Assembly (NCBI RefSeq): GCF_009834535.1
Contig: NC_045696.1
Location: 54,252,001 to 54,316,000, forward strand
Length of the DNA stretch: 64,000 nucleotides
Source: Camelus ferus
Lineage: Eukaryota
Direction: 5' to 3'
The translations under genes were made by a program, and so were the position numbers. The notes beneath the pieces were generated by a model. The model searched no databases, was not told where the DNA came from, and saw only the letters and a program-made list of their open reading frames with translations. Numbering within the stretch: the first letter of the stretch is position 1; every line of letters begins with the position of its first letter. Positions 38,659-51,399 of this stretch are shown piece after piece.

Positions 38659-40604
38659 AATGTGATTTTAGATGGCTTATTTTGGTGCTAAGGGGGCCAA
38701 AACTGGAGTGGAAATGATGTTATACAAGTAGTCTTTGCCATAAACAATCTCAGGACAGGTCCTGCTGATGGGATAAAATTTGAAAGGAAAAACAACACCG
38801 TCAGCAATAGAAAGTGCTTAGGACAGCAGTGATGGCAGCCATCTTAATGGTCCCAGGCCTATGGCTCCAAGTGGTGCATAGTGTCTACCCCACAAGTAAA
38901 GATGATTTTAAGCATTACGTTCAGGCAAGAAGCAAATATCATCCAGCAAAAGCTATATGAATACTAGTGTTATATATATGGAAGAGAAAGGCTCTTACTC
39001 AACTCATAGATTGCTGAAGCCAATGGTCTATCTACCCTTCCTGCAGAGAAGGAAAAACACATGGGTGTGGACACCAGTGATGCTGCACAGTGTTTGCTCT
39101 TCCATATCCTGTGGCCCTGCCAGACCACAGGATGATCACACTGCCTGCTCTCTCCTCTGCTAATATTCCTGCTGCAACTCTACCATATGGTTACACTCCT
39201 CTCTCCCAGGATTCAGCTTTTAAACCACTGAAAGCCTGTGCTCTAAAGTGCATCAGGAGTTCTGAAAGGAATACAGACGTTCTCCTGCTCACTCAGGCCT
39301 TGGACTTGGTGATAGGTAGTCTCTGAACACCCTGTACTCTGCCCTCTGTAGCAAGAAAACCATGAGAATATGCCAAATGGACAGAGGTGAGCTGGCTTTT
39401 TTTTCTCATATGGTCATAATATCAAAAAATAATCCAAGACACCACTTTGAAATTCATGTCCTAGTATCCAAGAAACTTTCTGCTGCTTGCCTCTATAACA
39501 GCAATTATCATATCACATTTACTTTCTGTTTACTGGTCTCTCTTCACTTTACTCGCTATGAGCTCTTCAGAGTCTCTCTTTGGTTCGATACCTTTAATAA
39601 CTAATATATTACCTGGGTGGCAGGAGATGTCTATAAATGCGAAATGCATGAATTAATATCTCTTTGAATGGTGATCCCTAACTGTGTTACCACCTAAGTA
39701 TTCCCAGAATCAATTAAATTAGGAATTTAAATCTTTTCTTTAAAGCATATATATTTTCTAATTTCAGATTTTCAAGACATCTTAAGAGAGCTAATATAAA
39801 GAACCATTAGGGACAACAGAAGTTTAAAGCATATAGAAAGGATATTTATGTTGTTGATAATGAGGATATTGAGAATATGAAAATAGGAGGTGTAATTATG
39901 CAAAGTGGTACGTGGTTGCATGGGTGCAATTTGAAGGAAACCAAGTTTATGGCAGAAAATGGCAATTCTGAAACTCCTGCCATCTTTATATCACACATGA
40001 ATCCAAGACAATTGCCCCAGTACCAGATTTATGCCTCACTACACTGAGCATGTCACGAAACCTCAGCAATAGTCCCTATAGTTGCAGTAATAGCTGTATA
40101 AGTAATGAAAAGACTCATGATAGTAGAATACACCTGTGTAATTACTGCATACCAGACGCTCAGACAAAACATTTTCCTCCCCCTCTGTGTGCCCTAAAGC
40201 CTGATTCAGAAGACAAGTTGACAACTTTCACAAGTTAACAGCAAACCTCTACCCAATAAAATGCCTACTTGTCTGTATCACTGAGTACCTGTTGCGGTAA
40301 TTTCAAACTTTAAGGCAATCTGACTTCACCTGACATAAGATCTTGATTATATGACCCTGATGTAGTATATACCCAACCCAACTTATTATTTTAATAAACT
40401 GGTGATAGAATACACAATTCCAGGGAAAGGTATTAGGTACGCCATTAAATAATGTTAAAAAAAAGTGACAGAATGATCAGAAAATAAGCTAAACCATCTA
40501 CACAAATTTACATTAATATATTTAGATTTGTAATTTGTCTCCACTTTGACATTTGAATCTAATTCTAAAATAATTCAGGAAAATAGAAAATAACACTAAC
40601 ACTA

Positions 40605-40772
40605 AATAGACTCACCATATGATCCAGCAATCCCATTCCTAGGCATATATCCAGAGAAACTCTAATTCAAAAAGACACATGCATCCCAATGTTCACAGAA
40701 GCACTATTTACAATAGCCAAGACATGGTAACAACCTAAATGTCCATCGACAGATGACTGGATAAAGAAGATG

Positions 40773-40820
<48 letters not shown>

Positions 40821-41284
40821 GAATACTACTCAGCCATGAAAAAGAATGAAATAATGTCATTTGCAGCAACATGGATGGACCTAGAGATTATCGTATTAAG
40901 TGAAGTAAGTCTAAGAGAAAGATCAATATCATATGATATGACTTACATGTGGAATCTAAAACAATGATACAAATTCTATTAACAAACCAAAAACAGATTC
41001 ACAGACATAGAAAACAAACTATGGTTACCAAAGGGGAAGGGGGTGGAGAGAGAAATTAGGAGTTAGGATTAACAGATACTAACTAGTATACATACAATAG
41101 ATAAACAACCAGCACCTACTGTATAGCACAGGGAATGATATTCAATATCTTATAATAACATAATAATAGAAAATAATCTGAAAAGAAAAAATATATATGT
41201 ATGTATATGTATAACTGAATTACTTTGCTGTATACCTTAACCTATGATTGTAAATCAACTACACTTCAATAAAAAAAAAAAAAA
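40605..41284 (+). mobile_element. 5'-truncated L1 3' end with internal (AC)n
   Basis: ORF2 C-terminal remnant EYYSAMKKNEIMSFAATWMDLEIIVLSEVS in the ORF track; polyA; TSD aacactaacacta (40592-40604) / aagactaacacta (41285-41297). Confidence 0.93.
40775..40818. repeat. (AC)22 microsatellite
   Basis: Perfect dinucleotide run seen directly. Confidence 0.95.
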
Positions 41285-41359
41285 AAGACTAACACTAGCT
41301 GAACATGGTCAAATAGCTACAACTCAGTGGGAGCTCACTACATGGTTGTGTGGGTAGTA

Positions 41360-41505
41360 GATTGTAGCACTTAAGTGTGGAGTCTGGAATCAAAATGCTG
41401 GCTTTCACCACTTACAAGTCAAGAGATGTTGTAGAAAAATGACCATTTTCTACCTCAGTGTTGTCATCTGTAGAACAGAGAAAGTATCACTTTTCTTACA
41501 TGCTT
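41360..41505 (+). mobile_element. MIR SINE fragment
   Basis: tctggaatcaaa...ccacttac...cctcagtgttgtcatctgtagaa. Confidence 0.6.
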
Positions 41506-41535
41506 ATATGGTGCCTCAAGAAACTTCAGCCTTGT

Positions 41536-41755
41536 CACTGAAGAGCCAAGGACAACATGGGGGGTGGAGGCAGTCTCCTCTAGATACAGGCAATAAGAAA
41601 GTCAAGTAACCTTTACAAAGGTAAAACAATTAAATCAACTTAAAGTCGGTCTACTCTTTATTATAACAGTGTGCTTGGCAATACTAAATAAAGACAGATG
41701 AAATACTATTGTCCTCAGGGCAGAAACTCCCAACCCCTCTCCTAGGACAACGCTG
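41536..41755 (+). mobile_element. hAT DNA transposon, short non-autonomous (MER97-like)
   Basis: caggcaataag...aaagtcggtctactctttattat...ggcaatactaaa matches recalled MER97 sequence; decayed TIRs; flanks agccttgt / agccttat resemble an 8-bp TSD (offset by one base). Confidence 0.7.
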
Positions 41756-44086
41756 AAGCCTTATGGTAAGAATATTTTAAGAATAAAAAATGCATTAGAT
41801 GAAGGAAATACATATCCTCTCTAATTTATCATATTAACACATTTTGGAATAAAACCACAGACACTTGTGGAAAGAAAAAGTAGTCTCTTTAGGTTCACTG
41901 TTGCTCTCATTTAAAGACACACAATCCCTTCCAGATCAATTATTCCCCAGCTCTCACTGAACAGCTGTGCACCAATCTTTGGCTTTAGCCTCTCTGCCTA
42001 CTCTAGTTGCCGACTCTGGTTTACTGAGATATTAAGAGAACCGACAGAGTAATGTTGCATTTGTAAATTATTTTCAATTGCTAATATAAAATGTACTAGG
42101 TAAGTAGAGTACAACTTTACACTATGATTAACAAAAGCAAAATAACAATTACAGTTTCTCAATGGAAATTTTGACAGAAACCAGGGCACCCCCATTTATT
42201 CTGTGTAATGTTTTCCTCTCCCATACTTGCTCTGTTAATTATTCTCAAGATCACTTACTTTTTACTTGCTATTTTTTTTAATTTGATGAGATCATTAAAT
42301 TTATCAGCTATCCAAATACATTTGAAGTTTATTAAGACTCCACGCTGCCTTTGAACTGGAAATAGAGGAGGAAAAGAACTCACTTTAAAAGAAATTAAAG
42401 TAATAAAGCAAGATGGGTACCGCTTTAAGTACCCATTAACCAGAGCATAAGAGAGAGAGTTGAAATGGAAAAAGCAAGGAAATAAACATGTGAAATACAT
42501 GATGTTTCCAACACACAAGCACAGAGATATTAGTCCAGTGATCAGTTCACCCAGGATCTGTGCCAAAAACATTCCAAAGGGGAATACATTAAAGGTCTAT
42601 CTGCTATTATTAAAGATGAGGTCTCACTGAAATCTCAATTTGTGTGAAGGAGTTATTCAAATGATTGAGAAAATGCTTTCATTTATTGATGATAAATCTT
42701 AATTAATTTTCTCCATTAAGCAACTGTAAGTCTTTGGGTTGAGGATGACACAAAATGCTTTATAGAAAATGATGTGATTCATGACATTTTTATTCCTTGT
42801 AAATTGGGTTGATACAAATTTTCTTAAACTGTGGATATTATTCTTGGTGTCTTGAAGAACTGAACTGCTAGTTGCTTCCTAAATCTTCCACATTTGCCTC
42901 ATTTAAATATGTTGGCCAATTGCTGGAGTTAATGATGATGAATAGAATCAGGATTAAATTTTTAGTAAGCTGGTTGGGTTGTAGAATAGGCAGAGCCCAG
43001 CTAAGTGCATGCTGGGATCTCAGTTGGCCTGAAAAATTTCCTGAATTAAACATATTCTCTTAGTAGGTATGAAAGCATCTAAAACGTTATTTAAAGTTAC
43101 TTCTTTAAACCACTCATTTAATAAAACCACATTAAAATCCCCATCAGGGAGATGTAATGAGGTAGCACCTTAGTAGCTACTGTGTTTCTTACTAACTTCC
43201 CATACCACGTGGTGGTTTTGTAAATCAAGGGATATTGAAAGCATGGGGTAATGCTTAAGTCCTAAGTAGGAGTCCCACAGGGGCAACTTAGAGCCAAGAA
43301 CGAAGACCATGTCACGATAGAAGAATCAGGCCTAAAGGAGGTTGGATCTACTTCAAAACCCTCTCCAAAACTGGCCTAGACAATCAACGAACAAGAAATA
43401 AAATAAGTTCATAAACAGTTGTTTTTCCTTCCATGGCCTTTTCATGTTTGCTTTTCTCTCACGTAACACAGTTGACCTAAACGAGAGGAAGATGCACTGG
43501 CATAAAAGAAAACACTTATTTTCTGTCAGAACCTTGCTCAGGGCCTAATTATAGACCTTTGTAAATGCAAGCTAATTGATGACTGGCAGTTTAAGACAAA
43601 AGACTGACCTTCACTTTTGTAACTGATGACATTGAGCTGTTAGGCCATGTGTCTTATGTACATTTATTTGCTTCTATTAGGATAATGGCTAAAATGTATT
43701 AAGAAATATGAGAGCAAAATAATCTCAATATTAATATATTTAAAAGTTGTAGAAACTTTTTTCTTCAGTAAGACATCTTCATGCATTTACCAGATTTTAG
43801 GTCTATATCTGGAAATGGGATTCTGATATAGGTTCCACTGCTTCCAAATGACTGCCATTTAACTAAAACATAATCATTTTCTTTGTTGGATGTTAATTTG
43901 TTGAGATTATGACTCCATGAGAAACAAACAAGCAAAACCAACCAACCAACAACATGAATGCACGGCCACAGAAAGGAAGGCATCTGAAATCTTGTAGTGA
44001 ACACAGTTGTGTAGTGACAGACATGTGTTTGCATGTAGTGATTACAGATGAATGGAGTCATTACAGGCTATTATCTGACTTCTTAC

Positions 44087-44247
44087 CTGATCCCCTTTGA
44101 GCACTGGGGGAAACATGTAGCACTGTGATTAAAGACCCTGTGGCTGCAGTGTGGAGCAGATCTGGTTGGGAAGCAGCTTCACTGAGCCATCTGGTCAGTG
44201 TAGCACCCTGTCCCTCCTTTAAATTAGCACAGCTAAGAATGGAGAAT
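44087..44247 (-). other. Candidate 161-nt exon
   Basis: Minus-strand acceptor attttctgtctacAG and donor CAG|GTAAGA around non-repeat sequence; no transcript evidence. Confidence 0.25.
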
Positions 44248-45118
44248 CTGTAGACAGAAAATCACCTGTTTGATGTTCTGTGTCAAAGTTGGGATTAAAA
44301 ATAATCATGGAGGTTAGCAACTGGGAGCAACTGGAAATTCCGCTGTCTGTGTGCATTTATTCCTAACAAACTAAGCTAGGCCTTTCTTCAATGAAAGTTC
44401 TTAGACAGATGACACACAAGTGCACAGATATGCGGGGAAAGTTTGTAATGGGCTTACAGTTTGCTCCATTGTCCTTGCTCTAGTTCTAAATAAAGACTTT
44501 GGTCTTTGAACTGCCCAACCCAGCCTTTTCCCCTAAGTAAAGAGCACTCAATAAATGTGGTCATGTAAAAGAATAATTTATGAAGCCTGGGATTGAAAAC
44601 AAATACCAAACCAAGATTGGAATTAGGTCAAAGCCAAGTTTGATATATAACAGGTTATAGACATATGAGACGTGATTGTAAATCATAAGCCTATGTATAT
44701 ATAACTATGTTAATTGTATTTATTTAAGGTCTTTTTCTTTTCAAATCAATGGACTGTTTCAATTCCTCAAAAATAATGAGGTGGTATTAATTAAATCTGA
44801 TAATTACATTTTTTGTGGTGAATATATTTTAATAGGAAAGGTGAACATTTGAGGGGACATAACCTCATTTCAGATGAGAGAGGTCAAAATAATCAAGGTT
44901 TGATGGCAAGAGACAGGGGAATGTATTTCTATTTTTGCTTCACAACATCTACTATATGTATAAACTATTTCCTCCACCAAGTCTCCAGACACATGAAAAA
45001 AAGGACATTTAAAAATGACATTCTATTCCTTATTTTCCTGATTCCTAGTGGCATGTGAACAGAGTCCTAAGATAGCTGACTTGGGGTTCAAAGTCAGAAA
45101 TATTTGTATTAAAATCAT

Positions 45119-45469
45119 TTTTTGCATTATTTTTCATTGAAGTATAGTCAGTTTACACTGTTGTGTCAATTTCTGGTGTATAACATGTTTCAGTCATACA
45201 TATACATACATATATCCATTTTCATATTCTTTTTCATTATAAGTTACAAGATACAGAATATAGTTCCCTGTGCTATACAGTAGGACCTTGTTGTTTATCT
45301 GTTTTATATACAGTAGTGTCTACAAACTCCTAACTCCCAATTTATTCCTTCCCACCCTCTTTATCCCCTGGTAACCATAAGTTTGTTCTCTATGTCTGTG
45401 GAATCTAAAAAAAAAAAAAAAAAAAAAAAGACACAAATGAACTCACAAAACATAAACAGACTCACAGAC
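45119..45469 (-). mobile_element. L1 3' end with 5' inversion (twin priming)
   Basis: Antisense L1 3'UTR 45119-45400 joined to a sense segment 45397-45469; TSD ttaaaatcat (45109-45118) / ttcaaatcat (45470-45479). Confidence 0.88.
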
Positions 45470-45489
45470 TTCAAATCATATTTTAAATA

Positions 45490-45830
45490 TTTTCATTAAA
45501 AAGCAATATGATACACAAACTGTGCAATGATAGTTGTACAGCTGTGTGCATTTTCACAAACGTGACACACTTCTGTAGACAGTACAAAATCTACAAACAG
45601 AATGCCATCATCACTCAGAAGCCCCCCTCCTGTTTCCTTGCAGTCTTCATGCCCTGCTTCTGACTTCTACTAGCATCGATTTTATCTTTTACATACTAAA
45701 GTAAGTAGAATCTGAGTTTTTTGCTCAACATTATGTTGTAAGATTTACTCATATTACTGCATGTAGTTATAGATTATTCTCACTGCTGCATAGTATTCTA
45801 CTTGTGAATATAACCCAACTTGTTGAAAAT
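45490..45830 (-). mobile_element. Ancient L1M fragment
   Basis: ttgctcaacattatgttgtaagatttactcat...ctgcatagtattc is an antisense L1M 3'UTR motif. Confidence 0.6.
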
Positions 45831-48786
45831 TACATTTATATCTATGTATTTGGCAAAAGGAGCCCTAAATTTTTTGAAGTGGGTGCTTTTTAACTGATTA
45901 ACTAATATAATACAACTAAATGAATCTTTAAAAATTTTTAAAATCCTATATTTAAACACAAGAGGGTAAGGAGAAGCCACAATTGCAACTGCTTCTAATC
46001 AAACCACATTAAAAAAAATGATTCAGTACACAACATCAATCAAGAGACTTTAATTAAAATCTGTAAACACTCTGAAATGAGCTTTAAGTGTGATAAGCCA
46101 TATCACATTTTCTTTGCTAAATAAATGAGCAATGACATGGATATTAGTGGAATTGATAAATATTAATTGATAATTAAGTTGTTGATAACAATGAAAATAA
46201 AAAGTTCCAAATCATGACTTCAACCTCAGGAGGGAAAGCCCATCAAAATCAGTTAATGTCTAAACTAGATTCATCCTTAAAAATGAAAAGCAGCTTTGGT
46301 CTGTAAGAGTTCATAGTAATTCAAATTAATGACTACCACAGTATTTCCATAGCAGAGATTCTGCTTTAATTTGGTTTATTATATATTATAAACCCTCATT
46401 AATATTCAAGAGTTGAATTTCCATATTATGAATATGCTAAAACTCTGAAAAAAACATTATCTTGAAAAACGTATAAAACATCCCCTGATAATCTTGTTTA
46501 CAGTGTTAATTTTATAAGCTTTTATTTATTTTAATGTTCTGATCACAAATTTCAAACTAGAGCTCTGAATGAATGAAATGGGAGAAACACCTTTATCAAA
46601 CCTTTCATATTTTCTTCGAGTTTTTATGCTGCTTGGGCCATTTTACCAAAGAAATAGCCTCTCGAACTTCCCCCCACCATCACCACACATCCCCACAGAG
46701 GCACTGTATCTGAAGTATTTGGGCTTAGCTGAGGGTCCCACGGCTCTATCTGCAGAATCTCCACCCATCTCCCACTCTTCACCTTGCCACACCTTGTACA
46801 TATCCTTTGCCTTAATTGCCTTTGATATTTCCTACATCTATTCTACAGCATATCTCCATAAAATTGTCCTTCCCCTATTAGATTTTCAGAGAAGATGAAA
46901 AATGAGTCTCTGCCAGTAATCATCCACCTCACAACTATTAGAACAGAATCAAGAGCCGAAAGCATTTCCAAGAGCTGAGTGTCTTTATTATCACAAACAC
47001 AACTGGAACTATAAATTCAGCAAATGCAGAGCGTTTATATTGATTCTCTTCTGTACGAGGTTTCACAGCAATGGTATCACCTCTCAACAGACAACAAAAT
47101 GTCCAATAGCATGTAGCTAATGAAGAACTTGGTCATATAGGGTACCTTTGTCAATGGCATTAGTGAGGCTCCTGTGCCCATTAAGCACAGCAGTGCAGTG
47201 AAAGAATAAATAGTTGCATTCTCAGGGTTACCAGACTTCAAGTAGGGAGTACAAAAAATGAGTTTTATCAATCGGATAGCTAATGACTTGAGGGAATTTC
47301 TAGGAGTAGGTATTTGCTGTGGGTGAAATATTCACCCAGTTACTGGAAATTTACCACATGTAAGATATCATGGACACTGCCAAAAAAAAGCCAATCTTGT
47401 CCACAGTTCATATTTTGCTGTAAACTATAATTCACACCAAAAATATGATTGAGAAATGCATAGCAGTAGGGAAAACAATTTCCAATTCTAAAACATGGCA
47501 CCTTTGAACTTGAATCTTGAGATGTGGTGATTTCAGATGAAGCTTATTTGTGCATTTTAATGATGAAATTTACTGGAAGTGCTCACTGAGAAGAGAGGAA
47601 AAGGAAGCTCAAATGTTTTTTGTAGACATATGTCCAGAATAGTGGCAGCAACAGTCAGATATTGAAGGAAGGGGAAAATGAAAAAAAAAAAAAAAAAAAA
47701 GATTTTTCTGACTACATTATGGGAGCAGCAAAGGAGGACTGTTGTTCTTTGTTTAGTTTTCTGAAGCTTAGTTTATGTGAAAAGGAAAGTTGTTGATTTG
47801 GAGGTAGGAAAGAAAGATATCACCTCCCCTAGGCTCACATTTAAAATATTTCTAGGAGAGGAACAATGAGTCTTTAGAATGCCTTCAGCGCAGCTGGAAG
47901 CTGCCACTAATGGTATGGCAAGCAGAAACAGAAAAAAGCTTCTGGATCACTGAACCTGGGACTTTGGTAACCTCATGCTTCCAATTAGAAGAACAAGCTG
48001 ACCCACAGTCTAGCCAGGGGAGCTTGAGTCCAGGAGGAGAAAAGGGGAGGAGCAGTGAAAGAGAGGAGAGGGGTCAAAACCGTGGATATATGGTCCTGAA
48101 GAAACGCTCCTGAGGTGGCCAGAGAGACCCTAGAGATTTGGCTAAGAGGTCTTCCCTACTGTAGTTCAAGCTCATGAATGATAAAATGCACTGAATTTCT
48201 GGAAATCATGTTTTGTTTCCACCTCCATTCCTGACCTTATCCCTTATTTTCTCAGTGACCTATCCACAACTATCTCCCTATTGCATCCTGAGTCTCTTAG
48301 GTTCTGCTGACCACTTCCTTCTGCCTGCAGCTAGCACTTATCTCAAAGATAAAATATAAATTATTTCCTTGACTCCCAGATGACAGAATTCTTCCCCAAG
48401 CAGGAGTCTAGGGCAGTGGACAAGGGCTGAGGTCTTTAGGAGTCTGGACTGGTGATGGGTGTTGAGGGGTGGAGTAGAGTGAGGCATGGTGGTTGGACCT
48501 AATAACTAGGATGCACAAAATGGAAGCAAGGTGATGATTCTGGGGACAAAATGAACAATGAACCACATGCAGACAATTCCACTGAGGCATAAACATCAAA
48601 AGAGGACAACGAAACAGGATAAAATGCTCTGGAACTTAGAGTAGGAAGCAAAGATTAGAGAGTCCTGAAATCATTGGAAATGATCCACAGGCACATTTTT
48701 TTATGAAGAGGCTGAGGGTCCAGCTCATTCAGTGTGTACTTGAACTGCCATCTCATTTCTTCCACCTCCTTTACCGCCAAACTTAA

Positions 48787-48814
48787 ACACACACACACAC
48801 ACACACACACACAC
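48787..48814. repeat. (AC)14 microsatellite
   Basis: Perfect run seen directly. Confidence 0.95.
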
Positions 48815-49134
48815 CACTTGACAGAAACCTTTATCAACTAGTATCTCTTCACTTATCCTATGAGATTACGTTTTTCCATACTAGCCAAATTCAATGCTCC
48901 TTTCTTAGCCTCCATACTTTTGGGGCAACATTCAATTATAATTATGTGGCTCCTTTCTTCACATGCCCCTTTCTTCTCACGAAAACCAGCACTACCTTGG
49001 TTCTCTGTCTTTCTCTTTTCACTCAGTCTCAATCTTCACAAATGAAAGAAAGAACAGATGAAAGAGGGAAAAAAAGAGAGCGCACATCTATACGTTTGCC
49101 TTAGGACCTAAATGATTAATTCATACTCTTAGAT

Positions 49135-49600
49135 GTTGAATTAGATCACCCTGACTGCTCTGTTGAGAAAAACTATAGGGAGTCAAGAGTTAAAGCAGAA
49201 AACGCCACTAGGGACCCTTTGCAGTAATACCGACAAGCATTCATATTGCTCAGATAAAAATGGCAGCAGTATAAGGAGAGAAAGGTGGTGAAATGCTAGA
49301 TATACTTTGAAGGCAGAGCAACAAGACATGGTGGTATCTCTCATAGGTGACGGGTGAAGGGAAGGGATCCTGACATTTTAGGGTTATGCAGCTGGAAGAA
49401 TGGATTTGCCACCAACCATGATGGAGAGGCATATGCAAGGAGATGGTCTGAGACCAGTAGTTCAGCTTTTGATAGTTTCAGTTTGAGGTATTTATTAGAT
49501 ATTCCAGTAGGATATTAAGTACACAGTGAAATATATAAATCTAGACTTCAAAAGGGATGTCTATATTGGGGATTGAAATTTGGGCTACATTGGCATTAGC
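49135..49600 (-). mobile_element. L2 LINE fragment
   Basis: agatcaccctgactgct...gatatactttgaaggcagag...gttcagctttt...tttgaggt...agatattcca antisense L2 body. Confidence 0.75.
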
Positions 49601-49669
49601 TGGACTCATGAGCAAGACAGAAAATGTCAACACAGCAAGCTCTTGGAAGAATTATTTCATCTGATATCA

Positions 49670-49875
49670 ATGAGTATTTATTAAGCACCTCCCATATGCC
49701 AATCTCTGTGCTAGGCACATTCAGATATTTTATCTCACAGAATTCTTGTGCAAACACTGTGGTGAAGTTTTACACATGAAAAGAAATGATGAGGAAAGCA
49801 TGTCTTGAAGAGGTGAACTGATTTTTCTAAAGAACCTAGCTAGCAGGTTATAAAGCAAAGATTCAAGCCAATCTT
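49670..49875 (-). mobile_element. MIR SINE
   Basis: tatttattaagcacctcccatatgcca...gtgctagg...gaggaaa...agaggtgaactga. Confidence 0.65.
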
Positions 49876-50619
49876 TGCTCCACCACCTCATTTTTATCTC
49901 TCTGGGGACAGCTATATGTGTTAATCCTCATTGGGCTAATAAATCCTGGGTTATTAGCCCCTCGGGTATTTGTGTCAGAGGTTGTGACCTCAGGACTTGA
50001 TAGATGATACGCCACAGGAAGGTTCTGCTTTCTGTTGGCTTGAGCCCACCCTTGGCATGGGCATATGGCCTCCCTTTATTTGATGTGCATATCCTGCCTG
50101 TTCTCAAAGTGCTGGGATGGGTGTCAGGAAACACTAATCTCACCCAGCTGCACTCACTCAGGCAGCTCATTCTCTCTGAAGCTTTGGTGCCTCAACATGT
50201 CTACAAGTGGCCCCTCAGTAGCCTCTTCTCTTGAGCTTTGGATGTTTTTTTCCTGTTCTTTTCTTTCTTTTTGTTTCAGCTTCTTTGAACTGAGAAGAAG
50301 CTCAGTCAGCAAAAGAAGCAGATGAAACTTAAAATGATGGAGACAGAAGGGAGGTGGGTAGAGAGGGAGAGCTTGAGGCATTTGGCCTTAGTATCAGGAG
50401 AGAGGAAGGCAACGCCAGGGAGCTCCTCTGGAAAGAAGGTCTTCTATTTGGTTCTTGTGATGCCTTCATGTTCTACTTCACTGGACTGTTTGTCATCACG
50501 GAGCTAGAATATGAATTTGAGCCCACCATTTTAGTGTCTCTCACCTGGAGGCACAATTGGAGGCTTCCAAGTTCCAACACAGCCTTGAGTCTACCTCCTA
50601 TCTCTTACCCTCATTTCTA

Positions 50620-50800
50620 ACTCCCTATTATATAAACCCCTGAGCCTGGTATAACTTCCTAATTGTTGTCAATATGTGTGCATCTTTTCTCCCACTAGCT
50701 TCGGAGTTCTCCAAAGACAGGACCCTGCCTTAACGTCTCTGTGTCCCCCAAAACCTAGCCCAATGCTGGGCCCTCAGTAAGTGTTTCAGTCATGCCTGGT
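50620..50800 (+). mobile_element. L2 3' fragment
   Basis: cccactag...gacaggga...cctagcccaatgctggg...cagtaagtgttt L2 terminus. Confidence 0.6.
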
Positions 50801-51154
50801 GAGTTGTCACACTTCAACACTTCCTGTGGGTGCTGACATGGCCAAGCACTCATACAGTCACTAAGTACCCTAGACTCTGGGACACAGATTGACCACAGAG
50901 GTTACTCTCTGCAGCTAAAAGCAGAAGAGCAGTAGCCCTTCTAGCTCAATGCCTTTTCCTGAAGCCTCCAGGGCTTAGCTCTTCCCCCACCAGGATTCTT
51001 CTTTCAGCTTACCCCTGACCTTGATGCTCAGGCCCACTTGCTCCTCATCACAACCTCTGCTGTCTGCCTGGACATAGAAGGGACTACCATGGCCAGCTGG
51101 CTGCTCTTATGTCACCTTTTGCTGGTGTTTTATATACATTTTTCAATTCCTCTT

Positions 51155-51280
51155 CATGACAAACCCTTTGCTGCAGATGAAGAAACAGGCTTGGAGAGAA
51201 TAAACCATTTGTCAAGATCCCACAGAGAACAAGTGGTAAGTTGAGGAATAGAATCCAAGTCTGTCTGCCTCTGAGCCTCC
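51155..51280 (-). mobile_element. MIR SINE fragment
   Basis: gcagatgaagaaacaggcttggagag...ttgtcaagatcccacag...gaatccaagtctgtctg. Confidence 0.7.
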
Positions 51281-51399
51281 CCTCTTCTCCTGTATTCACA
51301 CTGAACTTGGTTATCTAAGCTGACATAACAAAACAAAAACCAAATTCTACTTCCCTTATATTCCGGTTTTGTGATATGCTCTCCTTAGCTGGCTTCAAT

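Noticed and set aside
40770..40967. ORF containing EYYSAMKKNEIMSFAATWMDLE
   Set aside because: C-terminal remnant of L1 ORF2 fused to an (AC)n run in a truncated element.
49928..50620. Cluster of overlapping ORFs as a processed pseudogene
   Set aside because: The K/E-rich stretch comes from a pyrimidine tract; no recognisable parent protein, polyA tail or TSD.
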